Shown: positions 35,750 through 51,236 of the stretch, piece after piece
How positions within the stretch are numbered: the first letter of the stretch is position 1
Layout: every line of letters begins with the position of its first letter
Assembly (NCBI GenBank): GCA_965649825.1
Contig: OZ287706.1
Location: forward strand, 868,001-932,000
Length of the DNA: 64,000 nucleotides
Direction of reading: 5' to 3'
Origin: Penicillus capitatus
Taxonomy: Eukaryota; Plantae; Chlorophyta
Position numbers and translations under genes: made by a program
The notes under the pieces: generated by a model
Told to the model about the DNA's origin: nothing
The model's input: the letters and a program-made list of their open reading frames with translations, nothing else
The model's database searches: none

Positions 35750-36331
35750 ATGGTCTGTCTCGCAAGGTCAGCCCGATCTGACCATCCTTGCTCTCTGATG
35801 GTGATGATGTCAACAGAGGGCGATCCGCGTCGTTTTTCGAAGTCAGGATATGACATCACTCCACTGACCGAAGAAGAACGCGCCGAATGGATCGCCAAAC
35901 TCACCGATTTCCAACGGTACTCTTCTGCCCGACACTGCATCACCGCGACGCATCGCGTGGGTAGATACGTCGCCGTGGATCAGGGCACCGAACGCAGCTT
36001 CACGGGGACGACCGTCAACGGCTACCCGCACGACAACAAAGCAGCAGGCACCTACGTCAGCGCCATTGGCGAGCTGCCTGTCTTCTCGTCCGAGGCCAAG
36101 TTCGACTCGGGAACCGGATGGCCGAGTTTCACCGCGCCCATCGATCCGGAGCACGTGATCGAAGTGACAGACTCGAGCATCCCCTTCATGTCTCGCGTCG
36201 AGATCGTCGACGCTCGGGGCGGTGCCCATCTGGGGCACGTCTTCGACGACGGACCGGCCCCGACAGGCAAGCGTTACTGCATGAACGCCGCCGCCTTGAA
36301 GTTCATTCCGGCCGAGGACAGCAATTCGTGA
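35750..36331 (+). CDS. MSRB: Peptide methionine-R-sulfoxide reductase B (start uncertain)
   Basis: QGTERSFTG, AKFDSGTGWPSFTAPI, RVEIVDARGGAHLGHVFDDGPAPTGKRYCMNAAALKF. Confidence 0.92.
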   Translation: MVCLARSARSDHPCSLMVMMSTEGDPRRFSKSGYDITPLTEEERAEWIAKLTDFQRYSSARHCITATHRVGRYVAVDQGTERSFTGTTVNGYPHDNKAAGTYVSAIGELPVFSSEAKFDSGTGWPSFTAPIDPEHVIEVTDSSIPFMSRVEIVDARGGAHLGHVFDDGPAPTGKRYCMNAAALKFIPAEDSNS

Positions 36332-36378
36332 TGTGACGTTTGACTCCCTGTAGCTTTTTGCTCACTGCCCGCTTTTGA

Positions 36379-38053
<1,675 letters not shown>

Positions 38054-38217
38054 ACCCGCTACGCATGTATGTCGTACTTTCTCCGTCCGTCGAGAACGTG
38101 TTTAAATGACAAGCGTTAGGAGAACGGTCTCGCGAGGGCGACGTGTCGTACGATAGATTTCTGCGGCGGCTTGTCTCCGGAGCTCGACTCAGCGAACGCC
38201 GACTCGCGTCAAGCGCC

Positions 38218-38941
<724 letters not shown>

Positions 38942-38952
38942 AACGTTAATCG

Positions 38953-40590
38953 ATGTACGCGCACCTGTCGCATCGGATGCCATTTAGTGAGTGCCCTTCC
39001 GTCCGCCGCCTGACGATCGGATGCGTCGATCGTTCGCGTGTCGCGCCGAGTCGCAGATCTCGAACTGGCGACAGAAGGCTCGTCCCATAAGGCCGGGAGC
39101 GCCGTACCCTGCCAAAGACTACTGCAGCCAATGCGGACTGTGCGACACGTACTACGTCGCGAAAGTGAAGGACGCCTGCGCCTTCCTCGGCAGAGGCACG
39201 TGCCGAATCGACGACGCCTCGTCTAGGCGAGACGGCTGTAGGGATGTCTCGAGTGGACGATCTCGAAGTCGTCGTGCACGGCCGGCAGCGGTCGGTGTTC
39301 CGAGCTGTGTGATCTGATGGGACGTTTGTGTGACGTACAGCGACGTCCAGGACGAAGATGAGCTGCGCTTCGGCGTGCACCGACAGATTCTCTACGCCAA
39401 GAACCGGCCGCCGGTGGATGGAGCCCAGTGGACAGGGATTGTGACGCAGGTGGCGCTCGAAATGCTGCGCAGCAAGACGGTCGAGGCCGTCGTCTGCGTC
39501 CAGAGCGACGAAAACGACCGCTTCACACCTCGGCCCGTCGTCGCCTTCACGGAAGACGACATCCTCAAGGCCAGAGGCGTCAAACCGACGCTCTCGCCGA
39601 ATCTGAACGTCCTGGCGACGGTGGAGGCGCTCAATGTCAAGCGCCTTCTCTTCGTCGGCGTCGGATGCCAAGTGCGTCTCTCTCGCGAGACGCATCGCGC
39701 GCGACTCGATGCCGTCCTATAGGTGCAGGCGCTGCGTTCGGTGGAGCGCGAGCTGGGTTTGGAGAAGCTGTATGTGATTGGGACCAATTGCGTCGACAAC
39801 GGAAAGCGCAAAGGTCTTCAGAAGTTCCTGGACACGGCGTCGGCGTCGCCAGATACCGCGCTGCACTACGAGTTCATGCAGGTGCGCCTCGACTCCCCTC
39901 GCCTTCTCTCCCCTGCAGCGAGCGAACAGGATTACCGCGTCCACATCAAGCACACCGACGGGCACTTCGAATACGTCCCCTTCTTCTCGCTGCCAGCGAA
40001 CGAGCTCACCGACGTCATCGCCCCGTCGTGCTACAGCTGCTTCGACTACACCAACGGGCTGGCCGATCTCGTCGTCGGCTACATGGCCGTTCCCTATCAA
40101 GTGCGCCGCCTCTCCGCCTCTCCGCCGACACACGACCCCCCCCTCGCAGGACTGCAACATGACAGAGCATCCGCAGTACGTCACGGTGCGCAACGATCGC
40201 GGCCAGGAGATGCTGGATCTGGTCCGCCGTCGTCTGGAGATAACGGAGACGACGACTTCCGGCAATCGCTCCGCCTCGGTGATGCAGACGCTCGAGTCAG
40301 GAGAGAAAAGCGTGCGCGGGGAGTTCCGTGATCCCCTGCCGTCGTGGATCGGGACGCTGTTGTCGCGGATCCTGTCGTGGCTCGGACCGAAAGGAATGGA
40401 ATTTGCGCGTTACTCCATCGATTACCACTATCTCCGAAACTTCCTCTACATCCACCGTCACTGGAAAGAAGAAAGAGTGGAGCAACACGTTCCCAAATAC
40501 GTCAGATCAATTGTTTCGGAATACGAGCCGAAGATCTCAAAAATGGTGAAGGACGCGCACTCGGGACGGAACGAGTGCGCGGATACATAG
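38953..40590 (+). CDS. HCAR: 7-hydroxymethyl chlorophyll a reductase (FrhB family), multi-exon
   Basis: YPAKDYCSQCGLCDTYYVAKVKDACAFLG, GAQWTGIVTQVALEML, ARGVKPTLSPNLNVLA, GVGCQV, GTNCVDNG, HYEFMQDYRVHIKH, IAPSCYSCFDYTNGLADLVVGYM, GPKGMEFARYSIDYHYLRN. Confidence 0.95.
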
Positions 40591-40719
40591 ACATCAAATA
40601 GCGCCAACCTGGTGGGCTGTACAGACAGGAGGAAACTGGATCTTCTTTCTGTCAATCTTCTCATGCGTTTTGCAAAAAGGGGACGCTGAACAGCTACAAG
40701 AAAAGACAGATACAATCTC

Positions 40720-41807
40720 TCAGATGTTATCCAGCCACTTCGGCCGATCCCCATAGTGTCCGTGTCTCTGAACAGATCGGAGCATTCCGGCCGTCTGCGA
40801 ACGGGAACGAATGGACTCGGCCTGGACACCACAGCCATGATGCGGACGGAATGCGCGGGAGAGAACGGACGCCGACCTCGAGGATGGCGATGAACTCGTC
40901 GAAGTCGAGGGAGTTGTGGATGTCCATCGAATCGAACATCGTCGCAACGGTGTCGCCGCTCACCTCGTCTCCGATCGCCTTCATCAGAGAGCGGAATTCC
41001 TCCACGTTGATCCGCCCGTCTCCGTTCGCGTCTTTCATGGCGAACAGCTTCTTGCAGAACTGCAACGACATCGCATCGCACGTGCGCATCTCTGACGCAT
41101 GCCGCACCCGACGCGTTTTGGTTTCATCCGAGAATTCACGCGCGGGAACGATGGATGACTTTCTGCGCGATGTGGTTCCGGGCGAAGAACTCTTCTTGGC
41201 CTTTGCGTTCTTCTCGGCCAGGATCGTCTGAACCATCTCTTCGGCGCCGCCGGCGGACTCGACCTTCACAGCACGACCATAAGATCCACCGTCGCAAGCG
41301 GTCCGCGACGACTTGTTGGACGAAGTTCTCCCAACGCTGGAAATCTGCACACGCCTTGCCCTTCGTGCTTCCGTCTGGCGATTCTAAATCGCACTGCTGC
41401 TCGGCGGTCAACGCTTCGCTGGTCAGATAGTTGTGAGCAGTCCAGCAGTCTATCGCTTCGTCACTCCCCTGAGGGAATCTCTCGCAGTACCCTGGAAGCC
41501 CAGCGCACATAGACGTCCTTCCGTCCGACGTCGCAGAGATAACGTACGTCCGATGCGTCGCAGAGCGGCGCCGGCAAGAGTTTCGGACGCGGCGTCGTGG
41601 CGGTTGTCTTTCATTGAGGCTTGGACTTTGACAACGCACCTCGTCCTTGCCTAGACGCGACACGCCGTGACGGAAGGGACCCGTCGAGCGACGCGGCGGA
41701 CCGACTTTTATGCGCAGAGGGCGAACACGTTGGACGACGGCATGCGGTCGACAGCTACATCCGTAGGTGCCGTTATCCCTGGTCAAACGACGCGTGAGGT
41801 TTTTCAT
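40720..41807 (-). CDS. EF-hand calcium-binding protein with Cys-containing N-terminal region (possibly plastid-targeted), multi-exon
   Basis: The EF-hand pair is KKLFAMKDANGDGRINVEEFRSLM and MFDSMDIHNSLDFDEFIAIL. The N-terminus is basic and Ser-rich, followed by a Cys-rich segment. The model is approximate. Confidence 0.65.
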
Positions 41808-41911
41808 ACTTGAGCGCGCTTTTCAAAATTCGAGGGTGCAAAAACGTAACGTTCGCGAAAAGTTGGAATGACATCACCCAGCCAGCCATCCACGTCATCT
41901 GCATCGCGATC

Positions 41912-43368
41912 ATGACGTCGAATCGCCGAAGCAGCGACGCAGCGCGCGATTCGCAGAGGATCCGTTTCTGCACGACCCTGACATCGACCGTCATTCAGCG
42001 CGCCATGAAGAAGCGCGGATGGAAGGAAGTGGACGAACATGGCGACTGGAGCATCTACTGGTTCGACGTCCGGCGAGACGCCCCGAGGACGTTCCATCGA
42101 TGGCACGTGGCTGTCCAGGGCAGATGTGCATTCCTTGACGCAGGAGGCGGGATTCGAGTTCGGTCGCCTGCGCGAAGGCCAACGCGTCAACCACTTCCCG
42201 CGTCACGTCGAACTGACACGCAAGTGCGCTGCGCAGACACAGCCGAACGCACGCGCGATGTCGAGGACAGAGATCTGATCGTGAAGAACTTGAAGCGCTC
42301 GAAGCGATTGCTCGAGAAGGACGGACGGGGCGACGAACTGGGGTTCTTCCCCAAGACCTTCACGCTGCCGCAAGACTACGGTCCTTTCACGGACGAGTTT
42401 CGCAAGACGGGCGGGGTGTGGATCATGAAGCCGTGCGGACGGGCCCAAGGCAAAGGGATCTTTCTGCTGGACAAGCTCAGTCAGGCAAAGCCTGCCGTCT
42501 GCCGGTCGCTTGCGACCGAGACGGGGCGTCTAGGTCGTGAGATGGCGCAAAGAGGTGTCGGAGAAGGAGCATCTCGAGACGTATCGCGACGTGTACGTGG
42601 TGTCGAAGTACATCGAAGATCCCTATCTCGTCGACGGACGCAAGTTCGATATACGTCTCTACGTCCTCGTGCTCTCCTTCACCCCTCTGCGTGTCTATCT
42701 CCACCGCGGCGGATTCTGCCGATTCAGTCTGGCGCAGTACAGCCGGTCGAAGGTCGGCGAGGATCTCGATCGGGTCGCGAGGAATCGTTGCCTGTTGACA
42801 GGACTGCCTCAAGGAGACGTCGATGCATCTGACCAATGTGGCCGTGCAGAAGCGCCAAGGAGGGTGCAGTGTGTCGGAGGAACTCAAATGGCCGCTCCGC
42901 CACCTGCGCCTCTACCTGATGACGCAGGTCGGGCAGGAGCGCACGGATGCCGTCTTTGAGGAGATACAGCAGATTGTCATTCAGTCGCTCTTGGCCGTGC
43001 AGAGTGTGGTCACACAGGACAAGCACTGTTTCGAGATCTACGGCTACGACGTCCTGCTCGATCGGCGGCTGAAGCCGTGGCTGATCGAGGTGAATGCGTC
43101 GCCGAGCCTGCAGACGGACTCCGTCGATGACTTCAAGCTGAAGTCGAACATGGTGCACGACGCGTTGACGCTCGTGGATATGGAGAACAGATTTCAGGGA
43201 CGCCTACCTGTGACGTGCGGCGGGTGTGACGCCTCTGCTATTACCCTGCCTGCACGGCGCTCGCGTACACGGAGTAGGTTTGATGCCATCTACGATCACG
43301 GACGATCGATCCAGGCGCATCCATCGACCGCGTCGTGCCTCGGATGTTACATTCCGGAGTCGAGCTGA
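41912..43368 (+). CDS. TTLL9: Tubulin polyglutamylase, TTLL9-like, multi-exon
   Basis: NHFPRHVELTRKDLIVKNLKR, FFPKTFTLPQDY, WIMKPCGRAQGKGIFL, KYIEDPYLVDGRKFDIRLYVLV, HLTNVAVQK, HCFEIYGYDVLLDRRLKPWLIEVNASPSL. TTLL9 versus TTLL1 was judged by recalled motifs. Confidence 0.85.
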
Positions 43369-44259
43369 CGGTCGTTTGAGCGGATCGGTCAATTCTGCTG
43401 GAAGTGCAGAGCTATCGCGAGTGCACGGATGGGCGCAGAAATAACTTTGGGAAAGAGGACGACGAACGTCTCTTCTGGGCCATCGAGAACGGCAGACGAT
43501 GAACGAAAGACGCGAGTTGGTGTATCTTCTGCAGCCTACGGTCGTTGGATTCTTTTGGTGCAAGAACGAACACACTCTGTTGACATGTTGCGGATCGTCC
43601 TCTCGCTAAATGACTTACTTCTTTGCGATCTCAACGTTTCCCTGTAAGTACAGATCCTCCTCCAGGCGCGGATCTTTTAATCCCTTCCCTCCGGGACAGC
43701 GCCCCTTCTAGCTCTAGGGTCGAGTATCATGAACAGCAAAGGTATCACCCACCACAGGCATTTAACAATCAGCGTTGACAATTCTGATGGGATGGAGGGG
43801 CGCACCGGAGCACTCACTGCCTTACCACCGTTCCTCGGCGCACGTTCACTGCTCGAGGAATAGTACTCTATCTACTTCTCTCCATCCCTTGGTAAGAGAT
43901 CCGTCAGATCGACATCGCTTCATAGACAGCTTGCAGTGCCGGGTGACTCCTCTGTCGGGTCCTTCGCTGACATCGACTGTCTGGCGGCGCACTGACACAG
44001 ACAGCGAGACTCGCGCGAACAGCTGAAAAGAAGCAGGTCGCGCTCCTCATCGAAGGCGCCAAACCACTGTTACCAATGAACGATCTTTCTTAAACACAGA
44101 GAGTCTCACAGCAGAGTTTCTTCACAAAAAGGGGCTCCTGCCTTAGGGCATCGCTTCAGTGCAACAACAAGAGTGCGGTTTCAGTGTCTCCATCTTGGGC
44201 GTTGCTCTGCGGACACAGGCGACTGACTGCATAAGATACCCCCATCACTACGGCTATAC

Positions 44260-44670
44260 TTAGCTCGCATCTCCGCGGATGCGTCTTGCGAGTTTCAGGT
44301 CCTTTGGCATGACGGTGACGCGTTTCGCATGGATGGCACACAAATTCGAATCCTCGAACAGGCCGACGAGGAAAGCTTCTGCCGCTTCTTGCAAAGCCAT
44401 AACGGCACTGGCTTGATAACGAAGGTCGGACTTGAAGTCTTGCGCGATCTCACGGACAATCCTCTGGAACGGCGCTCTCCGGATGAGCAGTTCTGTGGAC
44501 TTCTGGTATCGGCGAATCTCTCTCAGCGCCACCGTTCCTGGGCGGAAGCGGTGCGGCTTCTTGACGCCGCCTTTCACGGGGGCAGACTTGCGAGCGGCCT
44601 TCATCGCCAGCTGCTTGCGCGGCGCCTTGCCGCCAGTCGACTTGCGAGCCGTCTGCTTTGTGCGCACCAT
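44260..44670 (-). CDS. H3: Histone H3, divergent variant (intronless)
   Basis: ATG at 44670 begins a 136-aa [48 protein letters not shown]...[10 protein letters not shown]. It has about 20 substitutions relative to plant-type H3.1. Confidence 0.95.
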   Translation of the reverse strand: MVRTKQTARKSTGGKAPRKQLAMKAARKSAPVKGGVKKPHRFRPGTVALREIRRYQKSTELLIRRAPFQRIVREIAQDFKSDLRYQASAVMALQEAAEAFLVGLFEDSNLCAIHAKRVTVMPKDLKLARRIRGDAS

Positions 44671-45369
<699 letters not shown>

Positions 45370-45699
45370 GCCTCGATGCTGCAGCGAACGGGTTCGGTCT
45401 GCTGTACCTTCTATTTACCTCTCTGCGAGGAACGCGTTTTGACTCAACAAACAGCAACGGGGTTTTCGAGTGAACGACCTTTGTATGGAACTAACCGATT
45501 TAACAAGGGCTTGACGATGAAGCGATGGATGCTCGGGCTCTCCCTGCATCTGCCTACCGTGCCGCGAACGATGTTTCTCACACTCTCTCACTCGGGGGGA
45601 TCGCAAAGCCATGGAGATGGGTGGGCTTGGTGGAAGTCCGGTGTTGGTGCGTTCGGATGGGAGCGTACGACAGTGCGGTCGTGAAGGCGACGACGAAAG

Positions 45700-46247
45700 A
45701 TGGACGAGACGGCATCTCGCGCCGCACGACTCGAGGCGTTGAAACAGGCGAAGCGGCTCCTCGAGGACGAGCGAAGGGAAGACGGCGACAAGCCCGTCCT
45801 GCGCTTTCGCAACTACGAGCTGCGCGACGAGACGATCGAACACGTCAAAGTAACAGACCACCTGACGTCTCCTCTCCCCTCCATCGTTGACAAGCTTCCC
45901 CGCAGCTTCCCCAGGCGCGGCCGACTCCCCTCGACGAACCGACCGTCGATTCCCCTCACACAGCAGCAGGCCCATTAGCGGTGAGCATGGGCGATGTGAC
46001 GTCTCCCTCATACAGAGCAGACAATGGATGGCAGGAAGACGTGCTGGACGTGGCTCCCAAGAAGCTCAACTTCGATTTAAAGCGTGACGTCGAACAGCAG
46101 CTGCATTTATTGGAAAAACGGACACAGCGTGCACTCATACAGCTACAACAAGAAGAAGAACGGAGGAGGCTTGAAGAGGACGGGGGCATTGCCGATTCGG
46201 AAGGCGGCCACTCCGACGGCGATCGCAGCTCAGAAAACTCTCCGTGA
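45700..46247 (+). CDS. CCDC12: Splicing factor Cwf18/CCDC12 homolog
   Basis: RAARLEALKQ..KPVLRFRNY and VAPKKLNFDLKRDVEQQLHLLEKRTQRALIQL. Confidence 0.85.
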
Positions 46248-46269
46248 CAGAGAGGCCGCCGGGATCCCC

Positions 46270-47469
46270 TTATTCTGCTGTTGGATTCTGATTGCCTTCG
46301 TGGGCTCTCCTGAGATACTTCTCCCACTTCCGGTGCTTAATGTGCGCCAGCGATTCCAACGGACCGATCAATCTGAAGTAGTCCGCCAAGTACAGGAGCT
46401 CCTTGTCTGTTGCGCGGTTTCGATGCGCTCGACGGTAGGGACGAATCGTCAGACCATTCTGGCGGTTCATCACGAAATTGCGTCTGCGTCCAACAGAGCC
46501 GCCGTGAACGCGATCCCATTCCACAGGCGGACAGATGCACGTACTTTAGGTCGTCGAGCATGACGGTGTTGCTCGGATCGTAGTGCTCCGGGAACTTCCT
46601 CCAGATGAACTCGAGCGGCTTGCAGTCGAACACGCCGTACTTCTCCGTCTGGACCGTCACCATCGCCGCGTGATCCAGCATGCAGACCAGGTGATAGTTC
46701 GTGTGGTTCAGGACGCCCAACTCCTACAGCACCGCCGGCCCTCTGGAGTGTCCGTGTACAGGGAGACGGTGTACTCGCATCTTCATCTCCACCCACTTCA
46801 TCGACGTGGCGCTCCAAACCATCAGATCGAAGTGTTCGTAGCAGGCGGCGAGGAAGAAGTGGAGATAGGGTCGCGCGAGCTCCTCAACCCTCTCGGCCGT
46901 GGAGCCCAAATCGAAGATCGTGTAGTCGATGTCGATGACGAGCAGCTTCTTCCCAGGTCTCGGCGGATTGAGAATCCGAACCTGCACCGTATCCAGTCGC
47001 TTCTGGAGCTTCTCTTGCACTACGAGGCGCTCCGCGAGAGATGTCCGGGAGGAAAGGGGAATCGACCTTCGGGTCGCTCGTGGACGCTGATCGAGAGCTC
47101 GTCGTTGGCGTCGATGTCGAAGTCGTCCTTCACCTCGGGTGCCGCTTCGGCGAGCTTCACTGTCTGGTCAATCACAGCATCCGGAGTCCTGTCGCGTCAT
47201 CTCTCTGAAATTTCTATCGTGTGAGAGAGCAGTGGACGGTACCCAAGCATCATGATTTTTTGCCCGGGTTTCAGCAGAAGCTCCGAAACCAGTGTGGCGT
47301 CATTCGTAGGTTTACCCGAAGTGGTCTTGAGTCCAATGTACTTCTGCCTGCCGACTTCGACGTTCGCTCTCTCTTTCATGTGCGTCTTGACCGCGGTCAT
47401 CGTCTCGTTGGGCTCCACGCTGACATGGTACTCGTTGCCATTCCAACGCACCGTTAACACGACAGCCAT
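46270..47469 (-). CDS. UBLCP1: Ubiquitin-like domain-containing CTD phosphatase 1, multi-exon
   Basis: UBL domain VRWNGNEYHV..KIMMLG; LNPPRPGKKLLVIDIDYTIFD; RPYLHFFLAACYEHFDLMVWSATSMKWVE; NTVMLDDL..RNFVMNRQNGLTIRPY. Confidence 0.93.
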
Positions 47470-47521
47470 GGTGGTAATGTCGACCGAAATGCACAAACAC
47501 ACGTGACGACGCGACGACGGC

Positions 47522-48294
47522 ATGCATCCACCACCGACGGAGGATGGCCACCCCTCGGCAGACGACGAGGAAATCAAGGACCTCGAGCGGTAACGCCATC
47601 GAATGCCCGCCACGGTGCCGGGCACCTGTGCTGCACCAGGATCGTCCTCGCGTTCCGGAGCTATGCCGAACAGGGACGGTGCGAAGTCGGAAGGTGGCGT
47701 CGACAGTTTGGACGTCTCGACGACCGACATCGCAAACTGCTGCCGAGCTTCTCGGAGAAATGCAGACGGGCGACGGCAGTGGTCGAGACGAATCAGTTCT
47801 TTCTGAATGCGATGCTGACGTCCCTCCAGCCAGAGCTCGAAGCAAGCGGCCTCGTTGTGGGTGACATCACAGAGGACATGCGTTCGCCGCCACAAGATGT
47901 CGAGAAAGTGCGATATGTGTTGAAGAATCTCGTCCGCGATTGGACGCGCGAAGGAATGGAAGAACGTCGAGCGACGTACACGCCGATCGTGAAGGAGCTG
48001 AAAGCCCAGTTCTGTAAATGGTGTGACCTGGAGGACGGGGAAGGAGATGTCTAACGTGTGCGAGACATAGAGGACTGGACGAAGCCGCCGAAGGAGTTGA
48101 TTCCGGGATGTGGTCTGGGACGATTGGTGGCCGAGATTGCATCGGCAGGTTTTGAGGCCGAAGGAAATGAGTTTTCTTACTTCATGCTGAGTGACATTTT
48201 ACAAGCTTCTTTGAGCCTCCATCGCAACCCTGGCTTGCTGTGCAACACACTTTTAACACTTTTTCTTAGTGCGACACACGTTTCAGAAGAGTGA
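47522..48294 (+). pseudogene. CARNMT1: Carnosine N-methyltransferase (N2227-like) homolog, apparently 3'-truncated or decaying
   Basis: DVEKVRYVLKNLVRDWTREGMEER and [20 protein letters not shown] are present. The frame then ends, and no downstream C-terminal half was recognised. Confidence 0.55.
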
Positions 48295-50903
48295 CATTAA
48301 AAACATTGTTTAAACAGTCAATCTTCATTTCCGTTACGTTGCATGTACGCGAATTACAATTTAACGACAGAACGCTTAATCTCAGACTCCTTTCTGATCG
48401 CTGCGGAGGGTGTTGCAGGACGCATGTCATCGTTAAGCTCGTCACCGTCTTCTGGGCGAAGACTTTGGGAATCCACAGATCTCTTCAGCGCATTCGCTGT
48501 CGCCGACAGACAACACGACGCCGACTCCGAGCAGGCGCCGTCAATTTAGGTTTCCTACGCTCACCTAGCACGTTGCGATGTGTGACCGCCGACAACTGCT
48601 CATCTCGTCATGTGCCACACTCTGATTGTCTCCTAACATTACCGTGCCGGGCTTCTGTCCGAGCGGCTTGCACTCGAGTTCCAGAGATCCGTGCCACGCC
48701 TGAGATGTTAGAAACGTGCCTACGCATGAAATAGACTTGAAGCGGTTACGTCGAAGAAGTAGCGATAGGAGAGTGAGAGCCGAGAGCCTCGTCGATGCGC
48801 CAGACGGACTCTTAGGCAGTTATAAGTCGCTCTTCCAACTGCAAGTCGATTCGAACTAGCATTGGTCTGGTGTCGCTCAGAACGGCGACGGTACTTCGCA
48901 GCGGCAAAATATGAAGACATCGCTGCTTGTCATCCACAGCAGACGATGCACTCTGAAAAGGGGGCGCGCGACAAACAATCGCCATTTCGAAGCTGTCTAC
49001 ACAGTGAGCACGCATGCATGATTCGGCGTGGACTCTATCGACCGTCCGAAAAGAAGTGCATAACAGTCCGCGCAGCTTTTCAAGGCAAAAAAGAGAGCGC
49101 GCACTGGAATGACGAACCTGTCGTTTTCGTTCTATCGCCTTAGCGACTTCGCAATTCGAGCATAGAATAACATAGTAGGCACGCGAAAGACCTTTAGGGA
49201 GACGAACAGATCATACAGGAACAGCGTGAACTTCAGAGGACCACAGTCACAGGAGGCCGTAGAGCGCAAAGCCTCCAGGAATCCTTGTTCGATAGCTCTG
49301 ATGGCGTCAACTGACTGCTGCTGCGCCATTCAACGCATCGAACGACATCTCTGCCGCCTCACTCTCTCGGCGTCCTCTTCTCTGGGCGATCCGCCTTTCT
49401 CCAGTCCTCGTTGCTCGTTCTTGTCAGATTTTTCTGACGAGGCCTGTACAATCGCTTGTCGTTCGCTCCGACAACGATAAAGAGGTCGATGCGTCTCCGC
49501 GTACCGCTCGTCGGATTTGAGAACGCCGGAACGACATTTGAACGCTCGTCTAATGGCGACGCCTGAACGTCGATGTCACCGACATGGCAAGACGATTGGA
49601 GTCACGTGTATTACATACACGAAGTCAAGTTTGATCTCGTGTGTTTGCTGATGCGATTGGCGTTAGCAGGTGATTCCTGAAGTGCTAAAACTCAACGCCT
49701 AGAAACAATGATGACGCCATGCAATTCGACAATCCAAATGCTCGATACGGAATAGTGTGTCCTGCATGACGCATCTTTCCCACGGACTAATCAACGCAAT
49801 AATCTCTGGAAATGGATCTTCGAAGAAAATGTGGCCGCAAAGAGTCCTTCCTCGTCGACGATCTATTCGACAAATAATAAATTTACATCAATGCTTTGGT
49901 AATTGCTCTGGCAGGTTGCTGCCTTCTGAGCAATAGCCACAGATGAAAGCCACGAGACCACAGTTTGCATGAAATTGAAAAGTACAAATGCAATGCAAAG
50001 AGAGAGTGTTTAAGCATGTAGCGCACTAAGTGGATGAGTATATGAAGAAGCTGAATCGATTACTGAAAATAGCATGAAAGATGATGAAATTGAAGGCGGA
50101 GTATGTGCTACAGGCTAGAACAACACACTGCGGCAAAGCAGAGTAGGTCAGATGCATCTCGCTCATCGAATCTGCGGCTGCCATCATCTTCCTCTGCTGC
50201 CTCGTTTCGACTCGCCAGCCGAAACACCGAGGAACGGACAGTCACATCGCTCCACTCGCCGGAAGCGGCGGATGGAGCCGCCGCACCTCTGCCATGTCCA
50301 CACCTTGCGTCTCCCTGATCTCGGTGTTTCGAACGCGTCCTCCATCGACTGAGTTTGCGTTGGACATCTCTATCGCCTTTCTGTCGGGTGACCTGTCAGC
50401 CGAGCAGTAGATTACTTGAAATACAGGCTCTGTATAGAATTTCAAGTACATGATAATCTATGGGGCACGACAGAAGGTCAAATGGGCGCGATAGACGCAG
50501 GTAGAGACACACCTGATTGAGAGAAATCCCGACAGAGACGCAAGAGAAGAGTGCGGCGATGACTCTCGCTGCAACGCTGTCACTTAACATGGTTGCGTAA
50601 CGCACGTGCTGAGTTGAAAATTGATTAAAAATGGATGATGCGTCCGAACAAATGTCACATCAAAAACAAACATGTTTGACATACAGACATCAGCAAAGTC
50701 TCGCACATCATATCACAATCAGGAAACAGATGAGGGCGTTGTTCATTGGATCCTCTGTGACAGGCGATTCTGTCAAACTCGATTCTGAAGCAGGAATGAG
50801 ATAGGGAGTGGTGTTGAATTCTCGGAGATGCACAACACCAGCGGCTTCGCATTCACGGAGGACGACTCGGGTAGGCGCGTTGTTTCGGGCTTGGATAGTT
50901 ATG

Positions 50904-51116
50904 CCATGTGCAGGACTGCGCCGATCTGCATCGAGGCAGATCGACGGCAGACTCATGCACATGGCAGTAGCTATGGCCTCTTGAGTCGCCTCCATGTGCA
51001 GGACTGCGCCGATCTGCATCGAGGCAGATCGACGGCAGACTCATGCACATGGAGTAGCTACGTACAGGTCTGCCGTCGATCTGCATCGAGGCAGATCGAC
51101 GGCAGACTCATGTACA
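50904..51116. repeat. Three copies of an approximately 60-bp palindromic (hairpin) unit
   Basis: Units at 50904-50964 and 50992-51052 are bounded by ccatgtgca...tgcacatgg. The third unit contains a perfect 17-bp stem, gtctgccgtcgatctgc (51068-51084) / gcagatcgacggcagac (51091-51107), with a 6-nt loop. Confidence 0.85.
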
Positions 51117-51236
51117 CGCCGTCGTACGCTCGACTCGCTCTCCACTCTGGAGACTGCATCCTCCGTCCTGCGCGCAGAGTGAGGAGAGGGATCCCTGGCA
51201 GAAAGGATGGGCACCTCTTGGCAAACCTCTTCGGTC

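Noticed and set aside
45370-45480. Histone 3' stem-loop
   Set aside because: No convincing palindrome was found after either histone stop codon.
48300-50800. Scattered 60-150-aa ORFs
   Set aside because: No recognisable domains; may be diverged genes or intergenic DNA.
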